Shown here one piece after another: positions 20,323 to 30,830 of a DNA stretch of 64,000 nucleotides. The DNA is from a virus. Its lineage: Duplodnaviria; Caudoviricetes. The first letter of the stretch is position 1; each line of letters opens with the position of its first letter. A program made the position numbers and the translations under genes. The stretch covers positions 1 through 64,000 of the IMG/VR virus record IMGVR_UViG_3300003523_000012; one strand, 5' to 3'. Below the pieces are notes generated by a model. The model made no database searches. It was given only the letters and a program-made list of their open reading frames with translations, and had not been told where the DNA came from.

Positions 20323-21084
20323 CTATTTTAACTTATTGTACTCTTCCATCACTTTATTTTTAGATGGTTTTGAAAGAATATTTCCAAACAACCATTTGAT
20401 ATATGATGGATCTTTCTTTATAACATCAAGTATAAGTGAATCTTTATGCTTTCCACCCATAAGTTGAATTCTTCCATTATCATTATATGAAAGTATAGAT
20501 TCTGGAAAATCCATTTTCATGTCTTTTGGCTGAAGTATTTCAGAAATATCATATCTATTCATTTGTTCTTGAAATACTCTAATTGTCATTTTAGCATCAG
20601 AAGCAGCATTATGGGCAGTATCTGGATCAAGTCCAGTATATCTTGTATATGCGGATTCAAGAGTATTAGAATTGACTGCTTTCTCTATAAGATATGAATC
20701 AATAAGTCTGTTCTCAATGATCTTTGGATCTAATCCTTCACGAGCAAAATCAGCATACATGAATGGTATGTCAAATGAATTGCCATTGAAAGTGATTATG
20801 TCACATCCATTGATAAAGTCTAGCCATTCTTGATATACTGAAACTAATGGCACTCCAGTTTCTTCAACATATTCTTTAGAGAAACCATGAGTTGTTTCAG
20901 CATCAGGAGACATTTCCCATTCTCCTGTAGGAAGTATCATATAGTTGAATATTGCAACTTTTTTCCAATTTTTGGTATACTTAATTGCACCTAATTGGAT
21001 AATTCTATCTTTTGACTTATCAAGTCCAGTAGTTTCAATGTCAAAAGATATTATATTGTCAGTAAGTTCTAAAGGCATATCCAT
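20323..21084 (-). CDS. DEDDh 3'-5' exonuclease (DNA Pol III epsilon-like)
   Basis: FDIETTGL, FNGNSFD, AHNAASDA; C-terminal GKHK...DPSYIKW. Confidence 0.9.
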   Translation of the reverse strand: MDMPLELTDNIISFDIETTGLDKSKDRIIQLGAIKYTKNWKKVAIFNYMILPTGEWEMSPDAETTHGFSKEYVEETGVPLVSVYQEWLDFINGCDIITFNGNSFDIPFMYADFAREGLDPKIIENRLIDSYLIEKAVNSNTLESAYTRYTGLDPDTAHNAASDAKMTIRVFQEQMNRYDISEILQPKDMKMDFPESILSYNDNGRIQLMGGKHKDSLILDVIKKDPSYIKWLFGNILSKPSKNKVMEEYNKLK

Positions 21085-21129
21085 TTCTTATAAATTCACT
21101 ATAAGAATATAAGAAAATAGATATGTTAT

Positions 21130-22749
21130 TTAAGACTTTTTCCACCCATTCTTGAAACTTTTGAGCTTGTTATATGCGGTGAAAACATTTCCATTAGAGA
21201 GAGCTTTTATTCCACTTGACAGTTTCTTGTATTGAGAAACATAAAAATTGCCAAGAATAAGCTTTTTGTATTTATCTATTTCTGGAGCTATATATTTCTT
21301 ATCTACATAATGATATATCTGATTGACTGCTTTAGACATAGGACTTCCACTATTAGCTGCTAATGTTCCCTTCCAAAGAGTTCTAATGTTTCCAGTATTC
21401 TTTTTAGGAACAAGATCTGAAGCATTGATTCCAACACCACCAGTAGTTTTTAGATCTTTTACTGTTGCAGATGTACTTTTATTTTTAGACTCTTCATTGG
21501 CATCATCATATTTGAGCAAAGATTTTCTCATATCAAATTCATCTTGATGAGTTGTACGCCATTCATTTTCAACACCAAGCAACTCACTCCAGAATGCAGC
21601 TTCATCTGTATCATCTGAATCAGAAATATTGACATCACCTTCTAAGTTAGTTGTGTATCTTGATTGTTTAGATGAGTTCAAGTTCAAATCCCAAATACAG
21701 AAGTCTCCTATATTCTTCAAGAAGGTCTCATCATATCTATTCTCAAAAGCATCATCATAATTTATAGTGATAGTATATTCTTGTTTAAATCCTTCTGCAT
21801 TGCTCAAATCACCATATGCACTTGCACTGCTATTATAGTCTATTTCACAATTGTGAAACTCTATGTATTTATAGCTTGTCTTGTACTCTGAAGTGTCTTT
21901 TCCAGCAATTTTCAAATCTAGCTCTGGTTTGAAATTAGCATATATGTTGTTTGATCCAGTTTTTCTAGCAGTGTCATTCAGATCTTTTGATGCATCCCAA
22001 TTCTCTCCATTAGATGCATTGTTCAACAATGTTTTGCCAGAAACTTTTCTATGAATGTTTTTTATTGGTCTAGAGAATATGAAGATCCCCATATCAAATT
22101 TTCTCAAGTTTGATGGGAGAATCTCTTTTTTCATCAGCTGGCTATAAGTTACATCTCTATATAAATCTAATAGTTTTCCAATCTTATTGTCTTCTGAGTC
22201 AGGAAGACATTTTATTTGGAAATTTCTTCTTTCCTCTCCTATTTTGAAATCATTTTCAGTGAATTCTTTTCTTGTTAAAGCATTATCAAGTCCAGATATG
22301 CTTTGGAAATACCATGGGTACTTAGAAGATATCTCAGAAAGCAAGTCTATGAAATCAATAAGCTTTTGAGCTCTTTCCCACTCATAATTGAGCATAAGGT
22401 AGTTTAAAGCGGTATTCACCGACTTGTAGTTGTTTTTCTCTTTCAACTTATTGACTTTTCCACCATTCCAAGGCAAACCATTCTCAAATATGGTCCCATC
22501 ATATGACAACCCTAAGAGATTAGACAATGGTATTCCATTATTTGAAGTTTGAGCATCTGGTTTTCCATCATCAAAGAAAAACATTATCTTGAAATAATAT
22601 GTTTGAGGCCCATCAAAACTTATAGTTGTGTCTTTCCCATTAGATCTTCTAAAATTAGATATGCTTGAAAGGACACTACCATAATCTAGAGAAAGATCAT
22701 TTGTAGCATCTCTAAACAATGAGTTCTTTATAAATGCAGTGCTTGCCAT
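21130..22749 (-). CDS. Putative tail/baseplate structural protein
   Basis: 539 aa; PWYFQSISGLD and EFHNCEID tube-like motifs; context. Confidence 0.5.
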   Translation of the reverse strand: MASTAFIKNSLFRDATNDLSLDYGSVLSSISNFRRSNGKDTTISFDGPQTYYFKIMFFFDDGKPDAQTSNNGIPLSNLLGLSYDGTIFENGLPWNGGKVNKLKEKNNYKSVNTALNYLMLNYEWERAQKLIDFIDLLSEISSKYPWYFQSISGLDNALTRKEFTENDFKIGEERRNFQIKCLPDSEDNKIGKLLDLYRDVTYSQLMKKEILPSNLRKFDMGIFIFSRPIKNIHRKVSGKTLLNNASNGENWDASKDLNDTARKTGSNNIYANFKPELDLKIAGKDTSEYKTSYKYIEFHNCEIDYNSSASAYGDLSNAEGFKQEYTITINYDDAFENRYDETFLKNIGDFCIWDLNLNSSKQSRYTTNLEGDVNISDSDDTDEAAFWSELLGVENEWRTTHQDEFDMRKSLLKYDDANEESKNKSTSATVKDLKTTGGVGINASDLVPKKNTGNIRTLWKGTLAANSGSPMSKAVNQIYHYVDKKYIAPEIDKYKKLILGNFYVSQYKKLSSGIKALSNGNVFTAYNKLKSFKNGWKKS

Positions 22750-24434
22750 TAGTTAGTTTGTGTTTTTATAGATTCCCAGTCGAAATACTCTTTCTGGTCT
22801 TCTGGTCTAGAGAGAGTCAGTATATGTTGCCATTTGAACTCACCTCCATTGTATTCATATATTATTTTTGAATCTACTATATAATATTGTCCAGATATTT
22901 GCTTGTCAATAATCATCTCATCATCTTGCTTGTCTGGATCCAGTCCTCTAAGCTCTTCAATCTCACTATCCTCTGGAAGTGGGATATTTGAGTTCACATC
23001 ATCTGAGTCTTTTGTCGATTTTGTAAACTCATTCACAGTATACCAATAGAAATTCACTTTATGGCCTTTCATAAGTGACAAGCAAGGCTGTCTAAGTGAG
23101 ACTTTTATCATACTGTTCCGGATCTTAGACAACCACATTTCTCTACAGTATCTTTGTTTGAGATACTTGTGTTCGCCAAAATTCTCACCACCATACTCAT
23201 ACTCAATGAACAAGTCATTATTGACATCTCCATCTCTGATGATGAAGTTGTCTTCTTCCATATCACCGATCTTGTATGTCTCAATCATTTTGTCTGCTAT
23301 TGGAGAAGAGCTGAACACTTCTTCATATTCTGAGACATATAGTTGAAAGTCTCTATAGAACTCTTGGTTTGTCAACATAGCTTCACACAGTATAGGTTCT
23401 GGATTTGGTCCTGTTTCAGTCTCTATATACTTGTGTGGTGTTGCCCACACTTTGATGTCTTTGTCTATAGTCTTGTTTCTCTCTAATACATCTACAAGAT
23501 TGACATAATTCCACCAGTCAATCCACCAGTCAAGAATCTGCTGCTCATTCCCACCGATCTCACACTCATTGGTCAAAGAATCAGTCACATGAGTGTTCGG
23601 CATGTATATCCATCTCTTGTCTTCAGTGTTCTCTAAGTTAGAAGCAAATCCTAATTGATACTCTTTTGCAATTTGCTCAAAGAACTCATATGTAGAAAGC
23701 TCTCCATAAGCTTTTAACTTTATGTCATTGAATTTAGGAATGTTGTATATTCCTCTTATGTACACATCATTATTGTCAAAATCTACTTTAGTTATCCAAA
23801 AAGTCAAATTTATCTTTTTGTATGCATTCTCAAAACTAGGAATTATCTGGACTTGGAGCTTGTTGTCTTTAGTTGGCTTGTCAAATGTTTTAACCAAATC
23901 AAATCTGTCTTTAAACTCTAAAGTCACTCTTGGAACAGGATTGTCTGAAAGCTCTAAGTGTGAGATACTGTTGAATGGGATGACAGTGTCATTCACCATC
24001 ACTAGTGGAGCAAGTATACCTTCTACTTTTGTCTGCTGTAGAAAAGTGTCTCCACCATATTCAGGATCTTCTTCTGGAGATGCATTGTTCAAGAATTCTT
24101 TTATCTCTGGCAACTGTATTGTAGGGTCAAATTTCACTAGGATCCCAGTTGCTTGCTCTGTCTCTTCTTCAGTTTGCTCTATTTCTGATGTTTTTTCTAC
24201 AGAAGCATATTTCTCTTTCTCATCTTCTGGGATGAGAGAATTTCCAGTTGATATAGATTTAGCGATATTGATGAAATCATAAGCACTACTAGGTTGGTTG
24301 CTTTGGATATTCTCCATGTCTCTGAGAAAGTTACTAGTACTTGCACCCAAAGCTTTTAACTCTTCTTCTGAATAGCTTTTTATCGTTTGGCTTTGGTGTT
24401 TAGGAGAGTCATTATCTTGCAAGCCATTTTTCAT
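22749..24434 (-). CDS. Putative baseplate hub protein
   Basis: C-terminal ISGQYYIVD...H.LTLSR typical of hub proteins; context. Confidence 0.5.
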   Translation of the reverse strand: MKNGLQDNDSPKHQSQTIKSYSEEELKALGASTSNFLRDMENIQSNQPSSAYDFINIAKSISTGNSLIPEDEKEKYASVEKTSEIEQTEEETEQATGILVKFDPTIQLPEIKEFLNNASPEEDPEYGGDTFLQQTKVEGILAPLVMVNDTVIPFNSISHLELSDNPVPRVTLEFKDRFDLVKTFDKPTKDNKLQVQIIPSFENAYKKINLTFWITKVDFDNNDVYIRGIYNIPKFNDIKLKAYGELSTYEFFEQIAKEYQLGFASNLENTEDKRWIYMPNTHVTDSLTNECEIGGNEQQILDWWIDWWNYVNLVDVLERNKTIDKDIKVWATPHKYIETETGPNPEPILCEAMLTNQEFYRDFQLYVSEYEEVFSSSPIADKMIETYKIGDMEEDNFIIRDGDVNNDLFIEYEYGGENFGEHKYLKQRYCREMWLSKIRNSMIKVSLRQPCLSLMKGHKVNFYWYTVNEFTKSTKDSDDVNSNIPLPEDSEIEELRGLDPDKQDDEMIIDKQISGQYYIVDSKIIYEYNGGEFKWQHILTLSRPEDQKEYFDWESIKTQTN

Positions 24435-24510
24435 CCTATTTTAATAGTGTTTATTTTTACTGTTATTATATAACTATAATAATTTTAGGACAATAATTTT
24501 TTGATAAATC

Positions 24511-24957
24511 ATGTTAAGAAACTCTCTTTTATCTGAGAAAAGAATAAAGAAATACTCAATCACGGATGAAGATATGATTGACCTTTTGTCTAAGACATTC
24601 ATATACTCAACTAATTTTGAGTATAGGATAGTTGAGGTTACTGAGATGACTGTTGCGAGACCAGATATATTGTCTAATGTTGCTTATGGCAGTGACATGT
24701 ATGGAGATCTGATCTGCAAGATAAATGGAATATCAAATCCATTAGAGATGAATGTTGGACAGTTGCTAGTTGTTCCAGAGCCACAATCATTGAAACTATT
24801 CTTCACTAAAGAGACTAGTGATATAGATGATTTGAGCAAAGACTCTAATCTTCGTCCTACACCTAAAAAGAAGAAAGAGAAGAGAAAGACTAATGAAGCT
24901 ATTGATGGAGATGTTCGATACAAGATTGACTCTTCTAATAGAATTATAGTGTATTAA
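24511..24957 (+). CDS. Baseplate wedge protein (T4 gp53-like, LysM-like)
   Basis: RPDILSNVAYGS...ICKINGISNP. Confidence 0.75.
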   Translation: MLRNSLLSEKRIKKYSITDEDMIDLLSKTFIYSTNFEYRIVEVTEMTVARPDILSNVAYGSDMYGDLICKINGISNPLEMNVGQLLVVPEPQSLKLFFTKETSDIDDLSKDSNLRPTPKKKKEKRKTNEAIDGDVRYKIDSSNRIIVY

Positions 24958-25022
24958 AATTTATAGAAGTTGATTTTCGACTCTATTATATAGATAGAAT
25001 ATAAAATAAATCTAAATATATT

Positions 25023-25598
25023 ATGTTACCACACATTACAAATTCTGTGGCAGGTGTAAATAGACAAGATCCTGTCCATAATTGTTTATTTGAAGCTTAC
25101 TTCACAATTCCAGAAGCTTTGAAGGCTGCTGGATTTGCACAAGATGAACAGCTTCTTACTCAACAAATTCTTAAGATCACTGGTCTTGATTCTCTTGATA
25201 AAGGACCTAATGCTGGTGAACAAAAGTTTATGGGTACTTCTCGTTCATATCTTGAACCTAAACTTGATAATACTTATCATGAGTTTACTGTTACTTTCAC
25301 TTTGAACTTGAGAAATCGTACAGATAACTGGGTTTACAAACTTCTCAAAGCTTGGAACAAACTTTGCTATGATCTCAATACTGGTGAAACTGTAATTAAA
25401 CCAGATTATCTTGCTGACTGGTTTAAAATTTCTATTGGTAACCGTGCAGGTGAAATTTATAGAGAAATTCTCTTTAAAGATGTTATGATGGTTGGTGGTC
25501 TTAAAGGTGGAAATAGCGATTTGGATTATGACAATAAAACTCATATTGACATTGATGTAACTTTCCGCTCTGACTGGGCTGATGATGTTGATGTATAA
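25023..25598 (+). CDS. Tail tube protein (T4 gp19-like)
   Basis: 191 aa; FTVTF, LKAWNKL, LDYD...IDVTFRSDW; high-expression codon bias. Confidence 0.75.
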   Translation: MLPHITNSVAGVNRQDPVHNCLFEAYFTIPEALKAAGFAQDEQLLTQQILKITGLDSLDKGPNAGEQKFMGTSRSYLEPKLDNTYHEFTVTFTLNLRNRTDNWVYKLLKAWNKLCYDLNTGETVIKPDYLADWFKISIGNRAGEIYREILFKDVMMVGGLKGGNSDLDYDNKTHIDIDVTFRSDWADDVDV

Positions 25599-25698
25599 TC
25601 GCCTCCTTTGATAGCCTAGGCCGCCCTAGGGACACAAACAAAAATGGGATGATAAATTTATCATCCCATTTTTGTTCCGCCATCAGGCGCCATCCTAG
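25599..25698. repeat. Dispersed element copy B, containing a perfect 40-bp palindrome (25637-25676)
   Basis: aacaaaaatgggatgataaa|tttatcatcccatttttgtt flanked by CCTAGGCCGCC and CCGCCATCAGGCGCC. Confidence 0.9.
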
Positions 25699-25702
25699 AG
25701 GT

Positions 25703-26512
25703 TTATAACCATTTAGGAATCTTATTTATATTAAAGAATTTCTGAATATTTTCTGCATTATGAATCTTAGAATCTAACTCTAATATTTGTTGTTTTCTTA
25801 TATCATCTATTGCAGGATTTGCTGGATTTCTAAAAAGATTACTTCCAACAATTATTCTATCAAGATCTAATTGAGGCAATATAGGATTATTCAATACTAT
25901 ATCTAAAGCAATCCAAGAGATATCACCCCAAACATTAGGATATTTTCTTTGAAGCTCTATGAAGTTATTTATAGCTATTAAATTTCCATATGTAGAAAAA
26001 CATGAATTGCAACCAAGATGACAGATATTTATCTTTATATTTGGATGCTCTTTTATTCTTTTTTCTAATTTAGCAAGATCATATTTATCATTTAAATCAC
26101 AATGAATGTATATTGGTCTTCCATCTTCTAAAGCTAAATCAAATAGATTCCAGTTCTTATAATGAATAACTGGTTTTGATTTATCTGTTTCATATACTTT
26201 ACAAACATAGATCTCACCAATTCCTTGAAAAGTCTTGTCTTCTAAAGCCTTTCTCATATAGTCATATTTAACTCCATTAGTAAGAACAATATCAAACGGA
26301 TGCTCTTGTTGCCATTTTTTAAGTTCAGGCAAAAGATCTCTTTCACTATCACTAACAGTCCAACTAGCAAGAACTACATTGTTTATGCATATTGGTACTA
26401 TATTAGTATCTTCGGCAAGATGAATATGTCCATCCCACAAAGGTTTTCTCAAATAATCTTTTAGTTCTCCCATAATATTTATGTAATAAAAATGGGGTGA
26501 ATTACACCCCAT
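25703..26512 (-). CDS. Amidohydrolase-superfamily metal-dependent hydrolase (start probably MGELK)
   Basis: DGHIH, GIGEI, PIYIH, ICHLG, NVWGDIS, RIIVGSN. Confidence 0.75.
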   Translation of the reverse strand: MGCNSPHFYYINIMGELKDYLRKPLWDGHIHLAEDTNIVPICINNVVLASWTVSDSERDLLPELKKWQQEHPFDIVLTNGVKYDYMRKALEDKTFQGIGEIYVCKVYETDKSKPVIHYKNWNLFDLALEDGRPIYIHCDLNDKYDLAKLEKRIKEHPNIKINICHLGCNSCFSTYGNLIAINNFIELQRKYPNVWGDISWIALDIVLNNPILPQLDLDRIIVGSNLFRNPANPAIDDIRKQQILELDSKIHNAENIQKFFNINKIPKWL

Positions 26513-26516
26513 GTTG

Positions 26517-28763
26517 TTATTCGAATCCTACAACATCCGGTCCTGGCTCTACCCACTCATCATTAGCTATTGCGTCTGGATCTGGAAGATATACTCTTGA
26601 CTTCTGCTCAATTCGTCTTCCTTCACTCCAGTTATTGATCTTGGTAAGATAGCCAATGACTCTATCATACAAAGCAATGTTCTCACTTCCACATTTAGGG
26701 CATTTACCTATAGGATGTTTAGTGATGTAACCACAATCTTGACATTCTGAATTAGGAATATTGAATGTAAAATACTGGCATCCTTCATCTGCGGCAAACT
26801 TGATGATTCTCTTGTATTGCTCTTCTGTGAGGTGCTCTTCAAGATTCAAGTGAGCAGCAGCACCTCCATCTAGATAATCACCAATATAATTCTTCCCATG
26901 CAATATGATTTTGTCAAAGATAGAAAGTGTCTTGTCATTAGGCTTGAAGATATATGAAGCATAAAGGTTAGTGTCTTTAGGAACCCAATATCCATCCTTC
27001 TTGTCCCAATTGTAGTTCTTGATAGCAAGAGACTCAGCTGGAACCTGCTCAGTGTTGAATGTGAGCTGATGGTTGTTGAATTTTCCATTATGAGTTTTGT
27101 TAGATTCTTGAATAGCTCCAAAGATTGTCTGACAGAAATGCATATATCCAGGATTATTGTTGCACTCAAGACCAATGAACTCAGCAGCTTGGTTCAGACC
27201 ATTCAAACCAATAGTGAGGTATTGCTTGTTAAGGTCAATGAAATGTGCAGAGTAAACTGGAAGGAGTCCAGCGTTCTTCATGTCCCATAATAACTCATTG
27301 TAAGCTGTATGGTACTTGTAGACTCTCTCTAAGATAGAGCCAAGATACTCTTTGAAAAGGATCCCATATCCAAACTCTTCTAATCTGTCTTTAGGATCTT
27401 CATCAAGATGTTGGGTATTGTCTTTGAAGAAATTCTGAATGATTCTATTGAGATTCAATGTGATGACTGACTTCGATCCTGTTTGGACTCCCATGTTTCC
27501 ATTTGTGAAATTGAACTCTTTAGATTGGACCATATTCTTGAGTCTGCAACAAGAGCTTAATGAGTCAACCGTATCTGAGATGTAAGTGAAGAATGAGTGA
27601 CCTCTAGCATACTCAGCAGCAACAAAGTCTGCAGAATCTTGATCTAAGAAATGCCCATCTTGATATACTAAAGCAAATGACTCAACTGGGAATGTCAAGA
27701 TAGTCTTAAGCCTTTCTGCATTGAACCATTGCATGAACTCTTTCTGTAGCCAACAAAGTGATTCCCATTTGGGTTGAGTGTTGTCTGGAAAATAGAAGTC
27801 ACCAAACATGCCTTCAAAGAATGGCTTGTCAAAATAAGAGAAGTTGACAAATGCTGCTTGCATGCCACGTGCGGCCGCAGGTTGGTTGATGGAGTACACT
27901 ACTTGTTGGAAGTACTGGTGAATCTGGCTTTGGATAGTCTTTGTTCTTGCACAATACTCTGTACTGATTACTGCATCTGGTTTCTGATAGTATACGTCAC
28001 CCCACTCTTTTCTGGCAAAGTAATCGAAGTACAGCAAGAACTCAGATGTAGCCACAGCACCAGCAAATTGAGAAGCAGTAGCAAAGATGTAATTGATGTA
28101 CATGCCGCAGAAAGAGTCTAGGTTCTTTGGAGCTGCTGACAATCCACCTAAGTCTTTTATCCCATTAGTGAGGAATGGGTACATAGTAGTAGAGACACAA
28201 TATGGAGCTATAGCACCAGCAAAAGATGACTCATCATGCTTGTATATGATATGGTTCCCTAGATCACGAATGTACTGCTTAGCATCAAAGTCTGGAAAGA
28301 TCTCTTTAAGCTTGTTCATCACCATCTTTCTAGAGATCTGGATATTGTCTTCCTTGTGAATCTCATTGTTTAAGATAGCAATGTTCTTAGATGCAACATT
28401 TGAGTTGTCATCTACAGTGGCATCAGCAGTGTTTCCAGAGTTCTTGTACTTGTTTATGAACTCTTCTTTTGTAGCTACCCATTCACGGATCTTAGAGTGC
28501 TGGTTACGATAAAGGATATAACTTTTTTGGACATCCAAATGATCACTTTCCGCTAGTGCTCTTTCAATAAGGTTTTGGACTTCTTCAATGTCTATCTCTC
28601 CATTGTTGAACTCTATTTTTCCTTCTACATACATACATGCTAACTTGTACACGGCGGGATCCCATTTCACTTTGGCATCTTTGAATGCACCTTTGAGTGA
28701 TTGCTCAATCTTTTTTCTAGTGTACTTCTCTTTAGAGTAGTCTCTTTTGATAACGTAATTCAT
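26517..28763 (-). CDS. nrdD: Anaerobic (class III) ribonucleoside-triphosphate reductase
   Basis: N-terminal ATP cone (VIKRD), SCCRL, CQDC..CPKC zinc site, RVIGYL glycyl-radical loop. Confidence 0.95.
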   Translation of the reverse strand: MNYVIKRDYSKEKYTRKKIEQSLKGAFKDAKVKWDPAVYKLACMYVEGKIEFNNGEIDIEEVQNLIERALAESDHLDVQKSYILYRNQHSKIREWVATKEEFINKYKNSGNTADATVDDNSNVASKNIAILNNEIHKEDNIQISRKMVMNKLKEIFPDFDAKQYIRDLGNHIIYKHDESSFAGAIAPYCVSTTMYPFLTNGIKDLGGLSAAPKNLDSFCGMYINYIFATASQFAGAVATSEFLLYFDYFARKEWGDVYYQKPDAVISTEYCARTKTIQSQIHQYFQQVVYSINQPAAARGMQAAFVNFSYFDKPFFEGMFGDFYFPDNTQPKWESLCWLQKEFMQWFNAERLKTILTFPVESFALVYQDGHFLDQDSADFVAAEYARGHSFFTYISDTVDSLSSCCRLKNMVQSKEFNFTNGNMGVQTGSKSVITLNLNRIIQNFFKDNTQHLDEDPKDRLEEFGYGILFKEYLGSILERVYKYHTAYNELLWDMKNAGLLPVYSAHFIDLNKQYLTIGLNGLNQAAEFIGLECNNNPGYMHFCQTIFGAIQESNKTHNGKFNNHQLTFNTEQVPAESLAIKNYNWDKKDGYWVPKDTNLYASYIFKPNDKTLSIFDKIILHGKNYIGDYLDGGAAAHLNLEEHLTEEQYKRIIKFAADEGCQYFTFNIPNSECQDCGYITKHPIGKCPKCGSENIALYDRVIGYLTKINNWSEGRRIEQKSRVYLPDPDAIANDEWVEPGPDVVGFE

Positions 28764-28855
28764 TAAGTATATCTAGTTTTTTTATTGTCTATTTTAATAT
28801 AGATAAAATCGGCCTAGATATTTTCCAGACCGATTTTTATTATTTGGAAATAATA

Positions 28856-29563
28856 TTATGCATCATACACACAACTCCATTCTCTGTCAGTGAAGAACTT
28901 AGTGTCAACCTTGTCCTTTCCAGCAAAGTTGTCTTTCACCATTTTGTATGTAGCTTTGATCATAGGTAAGAATGACTTGTGATTCTCTAAAGTGAAAGTT
29001 CTTTTGAACTTGTATGAGTACATCTGGCGAGGGTTTTGATAAGTGAGCTTGCCTTCAAAGTAGGCTTCATTCTTCTCTTTGTCAGAAGTGACTTTGACTT
29101 CTGAAAGAAAAAGCTTCTTAGTGTCTGGGAAGGCGTAGTTCTTGACTTTCCAACCTACTGCTTTGATATAGCTGTTCATGTAAGTCTTGAGTTTAGACAG
29201 TGTCTTAGGTGTAGGAAAGTACTCACCAGGCTCAAGCTCAACTTTTTTCTTAGCCACCTTTTTCTTAGTTACTTTTTTCTTGACAACTTTCTTAGTAGGA
29301 GTACAGATAACTTTTACTGGAGACTCTAGATATGCCATGCGCATCTCTTCAGCTGGAGTCTTGACCTTCTTCTTTTTAAGCCAAACAAGTTCTTCTTTCA
29401 AATTCTTGAATACTGGAGCTTTCTCTTCTTTGACTTCCTCTTTAACTGCTTTAGTAGAAGACTTAGTAGTCTTCTTGCCAGTAGAGGACTTAGCAGTAGT
29501 GGCTTTAGTGGTCTTTTTTGGCTCAGCAGCTTTTGTTGACTTTTTCTTAATTATCTTTATCAT
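28856..29563 (-). CDS. Lys-rich basic protein (histone-like N-terminus)
   Basis: K/T/A-rich low-complexity N-terminal half. Confidence 0.65.
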   Translation of the reverse strand: MIKIIKKKSTKAAEPKKTTKATTAKSSTGKKTTKSSTKAVKEEVKEEKAPVFKNLKEELVWLKKKKVKTPAEEMRMAYLESPVKVICTPTKKVVKKKVTKKKVAKKKVELEPGEYFPTPKTLSKLKTYMNSYIKAVGWKVKNYAFPDTKKLFLSEVKVTSDKEKNEAYFEGKLTYQNPRQMYSYKFKRTFTLENHKSFLPMIKATYKMVKDNFAGKDKVDTKFFTDREWSCVYDA

Positions 29564-29708
29564 ACTTTATGGGTTTATCAATAGTAATATATACCACACC
29601 AGATATAATTAACAAAATTGGTAAACAATTTGTTGGTTACATAACAAGAAAAAAGAGCCAGTGGAGACTCTTTTTCTTAAAAATAATGGTAACAAGTTTT
29701 TATGAAAT

Positions 29709-30368
29709 CTAGCTTAAAAGTTTCTCATACATAGATTTGAAGCTTTCAAGAAGATCATCAATAGAGTATTCTTTGTCTTCAGTAACTTCTTTTGACTCAA
29801 TCTTGCAAGGCTGCTCTTCTTTAGGCAAAAGAGCTTGATTGTAATTTCCTTCAAGCCAACTGATCATATCAAGACAATCCTGACATTCTTGACAGATCCC
29901 ATACAAAGATTCAATCTTTTCATTGAGACTCTTCAATTTGTTATAGATTTGTGTGCGCTCATAATCAAGCTCATTGTACTCATTTTTAGCATTTTGCATT
30001 TGGTCCAAATAGAAAACTTTTTCATTCTTAAGGCTTGCAAGCTTATATTGGATAGAATCTTGCAATTGCTCTTGACTGATTCCTTTTGGAAGCACAAATT
30101 TTCTATTGTTCTTAAAATCTTCCATCCATTTTCTTTGGTCTTTTGCTTGAAGATATTCTACATAAAGGTCATCAAGATCAGGAATAAGTTTATTGACTTT
30201 TTCTAAATTGATCTCTTCATTCTTTATGTTTCCAATAAAGTCATCATACTCGGTAGAGTATGAGCAGTTTGCAGTGAATGAATTTCCAGATTTTTGCATC
30301 TCATTAAGATCACGATAATATTCACCTTGATCTTTATATTCTTTTTCGTTAATGTAACCTTTAAACAT
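29709..30368 (-). CDS. Hypothetical coiled-coil protein
   Basis: ORF with coiled-coil segment. Confidence 0.6.
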   Translation of the reverse strand: MFKGYINEKEYKDQGEYYRDLNEMQKSGNSFTANCSYSTEYDDFIGNIKNEEINLEKVNKLIPDLDDLYVEYLQAKDQRKWMEDFKNNRKFVLPKGISQEQLQDSIQYKLASLKNEKVFYLDQMQNAKNEYNELDYERTQIYNKLKSLNEKIESLYGICQECQDCLDMISWLEGNYNQALLPKEEQPCKIESKEVTEDKEYSIDDLLESFKSMYEKLLS

Positions 30369-30439
30369 AGTAATATGATTTTTTGTATGTATTAAAATAA
30401 TCTTTTATTTGAGTTTTTTATTCATAAATATACTTATCA

Positions 30440-30829
30440 TCAAAATCTATCAGATTTTTGAAAGTAATTGATCACTGCTAAAATATCATCATGAGTGAAT
30501 CTTTCAATCTCAATTGACCTAATAGAATCTTTGCAGTCTTCTTTCTCTTCATCAGTCATTGAAGCTAATGGAATAGAAAATCCAGTGTGATCATGAATAA
30601 ATGATATTTCTACTCCATCATCTGCTACAAATAAAAGTACATGTGCAAATTCCGGATATGTTTTGATAACCTCTCCACTAATAAAGTATATATCTAATTT
30701 ATGAGTTTCACCACTATTCAAGTCAACATCTTCATATTGCTCCAAGTGCTTGATTTCAATATCACTAGAAGTAACATACTTTATAGTGTCTTTTATTTTC
30801 TTTAATACTTCTTCTTTCATTTTTTTCAT
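30440..30829 (-). CDS. Hypothetical protein
   Basis: ORF coupled to upstream gene. Confidence 0.6.
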   Translation of the reverse strand: MKKMKEEVLKKIKDTIKYVTSSDIEIKHLEQYEDVDLNSGETHKLDIYFISGEVIKTYPEFAHVLLFVADDGVEISFIHDHTGFSIPLASMTDEEKEDCKDSIRSIEIERFTHDDILAVINYFQKSDRF

Positions 30830-30830
30830 A

